From an uncultured Rickettsiales bacterium (lineage in GTDB: Bacteria > Pseudomonadota > Alphaproteobacteria > Rs-D84): DNA of 64,000 bases. The notes under the pieces are model-generated. The model did not search any database, was not told the DNA's origin, and saw only the letters and a program-made list of their open reading frames with translations. Where the stretch lies: assembly GCA_900550565.1 (NCBI GenBank), contig URSG01000003.1:287-64286 (forward strand), given 5' to 3'. Positions within the stretch are counted from its first letter, which is position 1, and the number at the start of each line of letters is the position of its first letter. Positions 6,984 through 15,095 of this stretch are shown here, in pieces. A program made the translations under genes and the position numbers.

Positions 6984-9725
6984 ATGTCTGAAATTACTAG
7001 TAATGCCGATGATATGGCTGTAAAAATTCCACAATCGTCAATAGAGCACGAAATGCGGACCAGTTTCTTGGACTATGCGATGTCGGTTATTGTTGACCGC
7101 GCGTTGCCTGATGTCCGTGACGGGTGCAAGCCTGTGCATCGTCGTATTTTATACGTTATGAACGATGTTGCGCCGGCGACAAAGCCAACGGTTAAATCTG
7201 CGCGTATCGTGGGCGAGGTTATGGGTAAATATCACCCCCATGGCGATAGTTCTATTTATGACGCAATGGCCCGTATGGCCCAGGATTTTTCTATGGGCGA
7301 AACGTTGGTCCAGGGCCAGGGTAATTTTGGTTCGCGTGACGGGGATAAACCGGCGGCTATGCGTTATACCGAGGCGCGCCTGTCCAAACTGGGGGCGTCG
7401 TTGATGGACGATATGGACAAAGATACCGTTGATTGGCAGCCGAACTTTGACGGCACATTGCAAGAACCGGTTGTTTTGCCGACCAAGTTCCCAAATTTCT
7501 TGGTCAATGGCGGTTCGGGTATTGCAGTTGGTATGGCGACAAATGTTCCGACGTATAACCTGGGTGAAATTTGCAATGGTATTTTGGCAATCTTGGACAA
7601 CAAGGATTTGTCAGATGATGAATTGTTCGGCATTATCCCTGGGCCTGATTTCCCAACAGGGGCGATAATAATGGGACGTGCCGGCGCATACAAGGCGCAT
7701 ACGACTGGGCGTGGGTCTATTATCGTTCGTGCAAAAACGCACATGGAAAAATTCCACGACCACGACGCAATCGTTGTTGATGAAATCCCGTACCAGGTCA
7801 ACAAGGCCCAGATGATTATCAAAATCGCCGAATTGATAAAGGATAAACGCATAGAAGGTATTTCTGAAATTCGCGATGAATCGTCCAAAGAAGGTCTGCG
7901 TATTGTTATTGAATTAAAGCGCGACGCGATTTCTGATGTGGTGTTGAATCACCTGTTCCAATACACGGAAATGCAGACGAATTTCCCGGTCAATATGATG
8001 GCGTTAAATCGTGGCCGTCCGATGTTGTTCAATATTCGTGGCGTGCTGGACGCGTTCATTGATTTCCGGTGCGAGGTTATTCGTCGTCGCACAATATTTG
8101 ATTTGAACAAGGCGCGTGCGCGTGCGCATACGTTGTTGGGCCTGTCGGTGGCGGTTGGAAATCTGGACGATGTTATTGAACTGATTAAATCCAGTCCGAA
8201 CCCAGACGCCGCGCGCGATGCATTGATTTCACGCGGTTGGCGTGCGTCGGATATTGAATCATATATTCAACTGATTGATGACCCAAATACAGAATACAAA
8301 GACGGTATGTTCTATATGTCCGAAGATCAGGCGCGTGCAATTCTGGAATTGCAATTACATCGTCTGACGGGATTGGAACGCGACAAGATTCACGACGATT
8401 TAACAACGTTGGGTGCGTTGATAAAAGACCTGTTGGATATTCTGGGCAGTCACGAACGTATTATTCAAATTATCCGTGATGAAACCGCATCTGTTCGTGA
8501 TAACTGGGCGTCGCCACGTCGCACAGAAATATCTGATGCAGAAATAGATATTGACATAGAAGATTTGATTGCACGCGAAGATATGGTTATCACGGTGTCT
8601 AATACCGGTTATATCAAGCGCGTATCGCTGGATACATATCGCGCGCAAAAACGCGGTGGCAAGGGTCGCAATGCAATGACCACCAAAGAAGATGACTATG
8701 TCGTCCAGGTCTTTGTTGCGAATACGCATACGCCACTGTTGTTCTTTAGTTCCAAGGGATTGTGCTATAAACTGAAAACATATAAATTACCCGAAGCGGC
8801 GGCATCTGCCAAGGGACGGCCATTGGTCAATCTGTTGCCGTTGGAAAATGGCGAAACGATTACCGCAATATTGCCAGTCCCCGAAGAAGAAGTTGCGCGC
8901 GTTCGCGCATCTGGCCAGGAACATTTCCTGATGTTTGCAACGGCGTCTGGTACGGTGCGTCGCAATCGTATGTCTGATTTTGATTCAATCCGCGCAAACG
9001 GTAAAATTGCGATGAAACTGGACGACGGGGACAGTTTGATTTCTGTGCTGCCGTGCAACGAAGACCAAGATGTGTTCTTGGCAACATATCGCGGTCGTTG
9101 CATACGTTTCCCAGTCAACGAAATTCGCGTCTTTGCGGGCCGCAATTCAACCGGTGTTCGTGGTATGAATCTGGGCGCAGATGATAAGATTATCGGTATG
9201 TCAATGTTGACACACGGTGAATCTGATGCGACGGTGCGTGCGGCGTATATTAAACAGTCGCGTGCATTGCGTCGTGCGGCAACTGGTGTTGACGAAGAAG
9301 CGTCTGATGACGAAGAAGCAACAACGCTGACACTGACTGATGAACAAATGGCGCGTATGGCGGCCGATGAACAGTTTATATTGACCATATCTGAAAATGG
9401 TTTTGGTAAACGCACCAGTGCATATGAATATCGCACAACGCATCGTGGCGGTAATGGATTTACCAATATTAAACTGGGTGGTAAAAACACAGCGGTCGCA
9501 GGTTCGTTCCCGGTTGAAAACGGACACGATGTAATGATGGTGACCGATGGCGGTAAAATTATCCGCACACCGGTTGATGACGTTCGTATTGCTGGGCGCA
9601 GTACGGCCGGTGTGACACTGTTCCGCACAGGTGAAAATGAACGCGTTGTGTCGGCGATTTCAATCGTCAGTGACGAAGAAGAAGCGGCCGAGGTTGAAGC
9701 CGACGCTGCCGCAATCGCAGAATAA
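6984..9725 (+). CDS. gyrA: DNA gyrase subunit A
   Basis: DYAMSVIVDRALPDVRDGCKPVHRR, active-site AAMRYTEARL, and a GyrA-box QKRGGKG in the C-terminal domain. Start trimmed from 6924 to the ATG at 6984, which has an AGGGGAAAG RBS. Confidence 0.95.
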   Translation: MSEITSNADDMAVKIPQSSIEHEMRTSFLDYAMSVIVDRALPDVRDGCKPVHRRILYVMNDVAPATKPTVKSARIVGEVMGKYHPHGDSSIYDAMARMAQDFSMGETLVQGQGNFGSRDGDKPAAMRYTEARLSKLGASLMDDMDKDTVDWQPNFDGTLQEPVVLPTKFPNFLVNGGSGIAVGMATNVPTYNLGEICNGILAILDNKDLSDDELFGIIPGPDFPTGAIIMGRAGAYKAHTTGRGSIIVRAKTHMEKFHDHDAIVVDEIPYQVNKAQMIIKIAELIKDKRIEGISEIRDESSKEGLRIVIELKRDAISDVVLNHLFQYTEMQTNFPVNMMALNRGRPMLFNIRGVLDAFIDFRCEVIRRRTIFDLNKARARAHTLLGLSVAVGNLDDVIELIKSSPNPDAARDALISRGWRASDIESYIQLIDDPNTEYKDGMFYMSEDQARAILELQLHRLTGLERDKIHDDLTTLGALIKDLLDILGSHERIIQIIRDETASVRDNWASPRRTEISDAEIDIDIEDLIAREDMVITVSNTGYIKRVSLDTYRAQKRGGKGRNAMTTKEDDYVVQVFVANTHTPLLFFSSKGLCYKLKTYKLPEAAASAKGRPLVNLLPLENGETITAILPVPEEEVARVRASGQEHFLMFATASGTVRRNRMSDFDSIRANGKIAMKLDDGDSLISVLPCNEDQDVFLATYRGRCIRFPVNEIRVFAGRNSTGVRGMNLGADDKIIGMSMLTHGESDATVRAAYIKQSRALRRAATGVDEEASDDEEATTLTLTDEQMARMAADEQFILTISENGFGKRTSAYEYRTTHRGGNGFTNIKLGGKNTAVAGSFPVENGHDVMMVTDGGKIIRTPVDDVRIAGRSTAGVTLFRTGENERVVSAISIVSDEEEAAEVEADAAAIAE

Positions 9726-9740
9726 AAACGGGGTGCCGAA

Positions 9741-10121
9741 ATGGAAAACAATGAATACTTTTCATCAATAAATGATGTATCCAAACGTTTGGACATTCCG
9801 GCACACACCCTGCGTTATTGGGAAAAACAATTCCCTGTCGCGATAAAGCCGACAACGGGTGCCGGTGGTCGTCGCTATTATCGTGGCGAGACGGTAAATC
9901 GCCTGGTCGTTATCAAGGATTTGTTGTATAACCGCGGTATGACGATTGCAGGTGTAAAAAAAATGTTGCGTGATGGCACGTTCCCAGATGCGCCGGGTGA
10001 TGTGGTTATTTCTGCAACGTCACCGGTGAACCCCGGGACGCACAATGCGGCACACGCCGATGATATTTCTGCGGCGATAACATTGTTGGACGCGGCAAAG
10101 CAGATTTTAACGGCGGTGTAA
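9741..10121 (+). CDS. MerR family transcriptional regulator
   Basis: 126 aa. N-terminal HTH LDIPAHTLRYWEKQF...GGRRYY, typical of MerR. Confidence 0.8.
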   Translation: MENNEYFSSINDVSKRLDIPAHTLRYWEKQFPVAIKPTTGAGGRRYYRGETVNRLVVIKDLLYNRGMTIAGVKKMLRDGTFPDAPGDVVISATSPVNPGTHNAAHADDISAAITLLDAAKQILTAV

Positions 10122-10865
10122 ATGCTGTTCACATCTGTTCCACATTTTCTTAGTAATATTATTTGCGGTCTGATTCCAGACAAGGCGCGTCGCAAAAAGG
10201 CACGTGTGATGATGAATTCGCCTATGGCAATCCAGGTGCAATTTATTCGTCGCAATATAGATGAACCAATTCGTCGTCTGAAAACATTTGTCGGATACCA
10301 GGCGCGCAGTCTGATTATCGGCGTCAACGATAAATGGATTTTCAAGTTTCCGTTGCGTCGCGATAACAGTGATGAATTGGCCCAGCGCGAGGTGCGAATT
10401 GTCAACGCGTTGTCGCCACTGTCGCCGATTTATATTCCACCGGTCCAGATTTTAAAATTGCGTGGACGTTTGGTTCGTAAATATGAATTTGTGCGTGGCA
10501 AAACTCTGCGCCAGACATCGCCCGATTTAATTCTGAAACATAAAACAAAGTTGGCGCGCCAGATTGCAAATTTCCTGTATGTTGTTGGCACATCAGACCC
10601 AGCAGAAATTCGTGATTTGAAACCATCTGCGTCTGCGCGTCCTGGGTTCTTGTTCGGCTGGTCCCAGGGGGACGTTTGCGACAATTTTATGATAGATACG
10701 GAAACAATGAACGTGATTGCGATTATTGACTGGGAAGATGCACATTTCGGCGATATTTCGCCCCAGTTGGTAAACGACCGACGTTCGCCCCAGCGCGAAC
10801 TGATGGCGGCGGTCAAGGACGAGTATGAAAAAATTTGGCACGCACACAATAAACAGAAAAAATAA
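10122..10865 (+). CDS. aminoglycoside/choline-kinase-like phosphotransferase (APH fold)
   Basis: 247 aa. Catalytic-loop-like GDVCDNFMID and IIDWEDAHFGD motifs. Confidence 0.6.
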   Translation: MLFTSVPHFLSNIICGLIPDKARRKKARVMMNSPMAIQVQFIRRNIDEPIRRLKTFVGYQARSLIIGVNDKWIFKFPLRRDNSDELAQREVRIVNALSPLSPIYIPPVQILKLRGRLVRKYEFVRGKTLRQTSPDLILKHKTKLARQIANFLYVVGTSDPAEIRDLKPSASARPGFLFGWSQGDVCDNFMIDTETMNVIAIIDWEDAHFGDISPQLVNDRRSPQRELMAAVKDEYEKIWHAHNKQKK

Positions 10866-10868
10866 AAT

Positions 10869-10896
10869 TCGCCGAACATGTCGGCGATTTTATTTT
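10869..10896 (+). terminator. rho-independent terminator
   Basis: Stem TCGCCGA/TCGGCGA followed by a T-rich run. Confidence 0.6.
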
Positions 10897-10970
10897 GGCA
10901 GTCCCAAGGGGAATTGAACCCCTGTTCCCAGAATGAGAATCTGGTGTCCTGACCGCTAGACGATGGGACC
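10896..10970 (-). tRNA. tRNA-Glu (anticodon CUC)
   Basis: The reverse complement, GGTCCCATCGTCTAGCGGTCAGGACACCAGATTCTCATTCTGGGAACAGGGGTTCAATTCCCCTTGGGACTGCCA, folds as a cloverleaf. Anticodon loop is TTCTCAT. Confidence 0.9.
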
Positions 10971-11054
10971 AAGCGTGGCCTATGATAACATCTTTTTCAT
11001 ATTTTGCAAAAAGAAAACACGCGCCGCCGGCAAAAACTGTGCAAAGACAGACAG

Positions 11055-11083
11055 TTGAAAAAATGTGTTTTTTGCGGTATAAT
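11055..11083 (+). promoter_or_regulatory. near-consensus sigma70 promoter TTGAAA-17-TATAAT
   Basis: The -10 element ends 6 nt before the ATG at 11090, and no Shine-Dalgarno lies between them. Confidence 0.55.
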
Positions 11084-11089
11084 TTGCGT

Positions 11090-12163
11090 ATGTCGTATGC
11101 TACAAAGAATCTTTTTATTGTGTTGGGAATTTGCGCAGGTATGCCGTTATTGTGCCGCGCAGCAAGTTTGCTGGAATCTGCGTCGTTCCCAAAAACAACA
11201 GGGGATTTAAGTTTTGTTGACAGAATAACCCTCCAGGAAAGTGATTATGAAATATTTAAAGATTTGTCCCCATACGACCAGTTGGACATAATATATACGG
11301 ACCAGGGTATAAATGATGAAGTGGCGGCGGACTATTTAATGGACGCGCAACAGGCCGAACAAAAAACTGATGCGAACGGTGCCACAAACGTGGCGTCTGG
11401 GCCTGGGGCGACAACGACGCCTGGCCAGCCAACGGATACAGGTTCTGCGCCGGCGGTTGCCACGCCCAGCCCGACGCCCGTGGCCACCACACCCAGCCCT
11501 GCGCCTGTGACCACCACGTCCGGCCCCTGTCCTGCGCCACCGACAGATGCGACGTATTGTGCGCAATCTGCGCCACATATTCCAAAAAATCAAAAAATAC
11601 CATTTGGCAAACCCCTGTCAGACTATCTGTTTTGTTCTGATTATGGCCTGCGTTCTATGGGGAAACAAAAGGTTTATGATAAGAAAACGGGGAAATGGAT
11701 TACAAAAACCATATGGGACACACACTATGGTATGGACATAGGTTGCAGAGATGAATTTTATAACAAGCCTGTCTATGCCACGGCCGATGGCATCGTAGAA
11801 CTCGCAAAACCAAATCGCCCGGGCAGTTCTGCGGGAAACTATATTGTTATAAATCATGGAAATGGATTCAAGACCAGATATATGCACCTGAATAATATGT
11901 TGGTGGCCAAGAACCAGCATGTCCAGGCCGGGTGCCAGATTGCAACGGTTGGATACACCGGTGGTGCCAAGGTGAACAAGGCGTCACTTAGGAAACAGAA
12001 ATGTCCCACTATGCGCAAATCAATTTCCCATTTGCACTATGAAATACTTTACAATGGGTCGTTAAAAAGCGTGACCGGACCGGACGGCAAAACCGTGCGA
12101 ATTGTTCATGGAATTCGCAACAGCAACGCCATTGACCCCGCGCCATTTATGGGTGAAAAGTAA
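11090..12163 (+). CDS. M23 family metallopeptidase (secreted, Pro/Thr-rich linker)
   Basis: HYGMDIG...ADG...NHGNGFKTRYMHL...SHLHYE LytM motifs. Signal peptide begins at MSYATKNLFIVLGICAGMPLLCRAAS. Start trimmed from 10982. Confidence 0.85.
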   Translation: MSYATKNLFIVLGICAGMPLLCRAASLLESASFPKTTGDLSFVDRITLQESDYEIFKDLSPYDQLDIIYTDQGINDEVAADYLMDAQQAEQKTDANGATNVASGPGATTTPGQPTDTGSAPAVATPSPTPVATTPSPAPVTTTSGPCPAPPTDATYCAQSAPHIPKNQKIPFGKPLSDYLFCSDYGLRSMGKQKVYDKKTGKWITKTIWDTHYGMDIGCRDEFYNKPVYATADGIVELAKPNRPGSSAGNYIVINHGNGFKTRYMHLNNMLVAKNQHVQAGCQIATVGYTGGAKVNKASLRKQKCPTMRKSISHLHYEILYNGSLKSVTGPDGKTVRIVHGIRNSNAIDPAPFMGEK

Positions 12164-12216
12164 GAACCAAAAATAAACCCGGCACAAGGCCGGTTTTATT
12201 CTTGGTTGGGGCGCAC
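12164..12216. repeat. direct repeat copy A (terminator plus last 14 nt of tRNA-Gln)
   Basis: 53 nt, near-identical to 12349..12400 with 1 substitution and 1 T indel. Contains TGGTTGGGGCGCAC, the complement of the tRNA-Gln 3' end with CCA. Confidence 0.9.
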
Positions 12217-12348
12217 TCAATTTCCTCGGTGTCACGCATAAATGCGCGACACCTGTGGGGCAACCGTGACGATTTGATTGCGCGCGGCTTATCAAATCTA
12301 CTTGTTGTCGAACCGGCAACTTCGTTGCAGGTGTCGCACCGTGGCCAC
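12217..12348 (-). other. structured 132-nt segment between the two repeat copies (candidate ncRNA or integration scar)
   Basis: Hairpins 12228-12253 (12 bp, perfect with one G-U only on the minus strand) and 12271-12298 (8 bp). A 10-bp long-range pairing 12246-12255/12328-12337 competes with the first hairpin. Confidence 0.3.
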
Positions 12349-12400
12349 GAACCAAAAATAAACCCAGCACAAGGCCGGTTTATTCTTGGTTGGGGCGCAC
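12349..12400. repeat. direct repeat copy B (tRNA-Gln 3' end plus its terminator)
   Basis: See copy A. Overlaps the genuine tRNA-Gln 3' end. Confidence 0.9.
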
Positions 12401-12460
12401 GGATTCGAACCATGATAAAGAGAACCAAAATCTCTTGTCCTACCATTAGACGACACCCCA
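12387..12460 (-). tRNA. tRNA-Gln (anticodon UUG)
   Basis: The reverse complement, TGGGGTGTCGTCTAATGGTAGGACAAGAGATTTTGGTTCTCTTTATCATGGTTCGAATCCGTGCGCCCCAACCA, has a U1-A72 pair as in E. coli tRNA-Gln and an encoded CCA. Confidence 0.9.
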
Positions 12461-12563
12461 AAAGTGATTATGATTATAAGTATCTTTTGAATTTTTGCAA
12501 TAACAAAAATTACGTTTTATATATTTGCAATTAAAAAAATTAGGATTCTTTATTATTTTATGC

Positions 12564-12592
12564 TTGCATAAAAATCATTTCAAATATATAAT
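12564..12592 (+). promoter_or_regulatory. candidate sigma70 promoter TTGCAT-17-TATAAT for the efflux operon
   Basis: Read directly, about 80 nt upstream of the marR-family ATG. Confidence 0.5.
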
Positions 12593-12603
12593 CGTTCAGT
12601 TTT

Positions 12604-12632
12604 TTAATGATTAAAAGACTTTTAATTATTAA
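12604..12632. promoter_or_regulatory. imperfect 14-bp inverted repeat, candidate MarR operator
   Basis: TTAATGATTAAAAG-a-CTTTTAATTATTAA, just downstream of the predicted -10. Confidence 0.4.
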
Positions 12633-12673
12633 AGGACTGTTCGGTTCACCTTGCTACAAAGGGGGGCATAAAT

Positions 12674-13123
12674 ATGATGCGCAAAGAATTTATTAGTTTA
12701 TTGGAATCAAATATTTTAACATTGGACCGGTTGGCAGAACGGCTGCGCAAGGAGCCATTGGACGCTGGTCTGTATCCAAAAAATCAGATGACGGTATTGG
12801 TACGTCTGCACATGGGCGGACGGGCGCGATTGAAAGATATTGCGCGTCGCGAATTGGTGCCGGCACCGAATTTGTGTGCGACGTTTCGCAAACTGGAACG
12901 CGATGGTCTGGTGACGCGGACGGTTGATGAAAACGACCGCCGTAATACGTGGTATGCATGCACGCCCGCAGGTGAAAAACTGGCGAGCAAGGCGATGGAA
13001 TTATTTCGCAGTGCGATTTGTCGCCTGTTTGAAAATATCGCACCTGATGACGAGGCGGCATTGACAGATGCGCTGAAAACAATGAATGAAATACTGACAA
13101 AGATGGAGTTAAAAAATGTTTAA
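12674..13123 (+). CDS. MarR family transcriptional regulator
   Basis: 149 aa winged-HTH (LKDIARRELVPAPNLCATFRKLERDGLVTRTVDENDRRN). GGGGGG RBS upstream. Confidence 0.85.
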   Translation: MMRKEFISLLESNILTLDRLAERLRKEPLDAGLYPKNQMTVLVRLHMGGRARLKDIARRELVPAPNLCATFRKLERDGLVTRTVDENDRRNTWYACTPAGEKLASKAMELFRSAICRLFENIAPDDEAALTDALKTMNEILTKMELKNV

Positions 13124-14444
13124 AATCGGACGATTTGCTGCGTTTTTTTGTGGCATAGTCGCAGGGGTGGCAAATGCAAACGCGATGGATTTATCGCTGG
13201 CGACGGCTGTGGACAAGATTGTTGCCGAATCCCAGGATTTGAAAAAGGCCGACGCAAATGTTAAAAAGGCCCAGGCATCGCTGGATGCGGCGAACGCAAA
13301 CCGTTGGTTTTCAGTTGACGGGACGGTGGGATATACGAATCTGATAAATGTTAAAAAGCCGTTTGATTCCTATGGTGTGGATTTAACCCCAGAAATGGGC
13401 GGTCTGTTGGCGCGTGTTTTGGGGACTGATATTGACCACCTGGAAATTCCAGATAATATTTTCACCGCAGGCGTCACAATAACCCAACCGATTTATACGT
13501 TTGGTAAAATTGGCAACGCAGTTGACGGTGTGCGGTCTGCGATAAAGATGGCCGACGCCAGTCGTGAAATGACACTGCGTGCGGTTAAATACAGTGCTGC
13601 TGATATTTACTGGACGGCCAAGATGACCGATGAAATCGTTAAAATATCAAAACAAGATTTGGATTCTGCGCGCAACGCAAAGAAAAGTTTAACATCGGCA
13701 GGACGCGCAAACCGCAGCAATTTGGTAAAGATTGAATCTGATATTGCCGCCAAAGAAATAAATCTGTCTGATGCAGAATTCAATCGTGATACTGCGCACA
13801 GAATGTTGAAAATTCTGGCCGGTATTGATATGAACGAAGAATTAAATTTGACCGATAATTTCCCGTCTGATTTTTCAGACCTGGGGGCCGGCGAATTGAA
13901 ATCTACGCCACAATGGCGCGCATTAAACGAACAGGTTATGATGTATGAAAAACAGGCGCGTTCAAAACGTGCCGGGGCATACCCGACGTTGGCGGCGGTT
14001 GGTTCATACAGTTATATGGCACTGGACCAAAACTTCAATGATATGTTTGGTCATGATAATTCCCAGTCTGCGTATTGGGGTGTGGCATTGCAGGTGCCTA
14101 TTTTCAGTGGTGGCGCGCATCGCGCAAATGCAACAATAGAGGCCATGAATGCCGAGGCTGCACACCAAGATTTGGACAAGGCGAAAAAGATGACGACCGA
14201 AGAATATTCGCGCGCAATCGCCAAATATAATCATCTGCGTGGCAATCTGAAAACATTGGAAAATGCGCGCAATTTGGCGGCCAAGGCATACGGAATTTCC
14301 AGTGACCGTTTTTCGGCCGGACAAACGTCTGCGGTTGAATTGGCCGAAGTGTCCGCCGGTCTGTATCAGTTAGATATGGCGTTGTTAAACGCAAAATACA
14401 ACATACTGATGTCGGCAGAATCTGTGAAAAAGTTGGGTGAATAA
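13116..14444 (+). CDS. TolC-family outer membrane efflux protein
   Basis: 442 aa. Signal peptide, two repeated coiled-coil/barrel halves and conserved PIFSGG. Overlaps the marR-family stop by 8 nt. Confidence 0.85.
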   Translation: MFKIGRFAAFFCGIVAGVANANAMDLSLATAVDKIVAESQDLKKADANVKKAQASLDAANANRWFSVDGTVGYTNLINVKKPFDSYGVDLTPEMGGLLARVLGTDIDHLEIPDNIFTAGVTITQPIYTFGKIGNAVDGVRSAIKMADASREMTLRAVKYSAADIYWTAKMTDEIVKISKQDLDSARNAKKSLTSAGRANRSNLVKIESDIAAKEINLSDAEFNRDTAHRMLKILAGIDMNEELNLTDNFPSDFSDLGAGELKSTPQWRALNEQVMMYEKQARSKRAGAYPTLAAVGSYSYMALDQNFNDMFGHDNSQSAYWGVALQVPIFSGGAHRANATIEAMNAEAAHQDLDKAKKMTTEEYSRAIAKYNHLRGNLKTLENARNLAAKAYGISSDRFSAGQTSAVELAEVSAGLYQLDMALLNAKYNILMSAESVKKLGE

Positions 14445-14445
14445 T

Positions 14446-15075
14446 ATGAATACTGTAAAAAAACTGATTGCAAAAATAGATTGGTTGATTGCGCAAATGA
14501 AAACCCCACGTGGTCGCAAAATTACTGCGATTGCAGGTGTTTGTGTGATGGTATTGTGGGTTGCGTTTCGTTTTACCATGATTGGAATTGAACACGCGCG
14601 CCCTGTGTTTAATGCAACGCGTGATGCGGCGGAAAATGGCGTGCCGGTTGTGACGATGACGGTGACGCGCAGTGCCGGCGATTTGCGCGAACCAATCGCA
14701 ATCAAAAATAATCGCGCCTATGTTTCGTCGGGTCGCGTGAATAAATTCGGTGTCGGTCAACACGTTGGCGATGGGGTGATTGTTTCTGTCGCAGGTGGAA
14801 TTGACCTGGATTCTGGAATGTATGTTATTCGCACCCGTGGCGTGGCCGACGGTTTGCAGTATGCGAAATATCGCGCAACAGGATATTTTGTGCCAGTAGA
14901 CGCCATAAACAACAATGTTGTTATGGTTGCCGATGGCGATGTCGCACGTGCGCGCACCGTTCGTGTTGGTCGCCAGGACGATGAAAACGCACTGGTTGAA
15001 TCAGGACTGCAAGATGGTGACATTGTCATTTTGACGCACGTATCTGATGGCGACAAGATTCAAATCAAAAAATAA
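14446..15075 (+). CDS. short periplasmic adaptor (MFP/HlyD-like) lacking an obvious alpha-hairpin
   Basis: 209 aa from the ATG at 14446 (alternative GTG at 14437). One TM helix followed by beta-rich sequence. Assignment rests mainly on its position between the TolC and RND genes. Confidence 0.55.
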   Translation: MNTVKKLIAKIDWLIAQMKTPRGRKITAIAGVCVMVLWVAFRFTMIGIEHARPVFNATRDAAENGVPVVTMTVTRSAGDLREPIAIKNNRAYVSSGRVNKFGVGQHVGDGVIVSVAGGIDLDSGMYVIRTRGVADGLQYAKYRATGYFVPVDAINNNVVMVADGDVARARTVRVGRQDDENALVESGLQDGDIVILTHVSDGDKIQIKK

Positions 15076-15095
15076 AAAATGGGGAGATTACAGTT

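Noticed and set aside
8765-9808. 347-aa minus-strand ORF inside gyrA, together with other antisense or alternate-frame ORFs at 7364..7888 and 9201..9527.
   Set aside because: It lies entirely antisense to a gyrA frame that carries unmistakable family motifs. Its translation is low-complexity and Ser/Ala/Arg-rich, typical of shadow ORFs, and it has no RBS.
12217-12348. Considered whether the structured insert is a tRNA pseudogene or one piece of an alphaproteobacterial two-piece tmRNA.
   Set aside because: It has no T-arm (GGTTCGAAT-type) in the right register, no acceptor-stem partner for the GCGCCCCA tail, and no resume codon or tag reading frame ending in an Ala-Ala-type tag. It is kept only as an unassigned structured segment.
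12202-12534. 110-aa plus-strand ORF (and the minus-strand ORFs 12062..12370 and 12147..12461) across the tRNA-Gln region.
   Set aside because: They overlap a well-formed tRNA-Gln, its terminator and the direct repeats, and show no RBS or coding-like composition.
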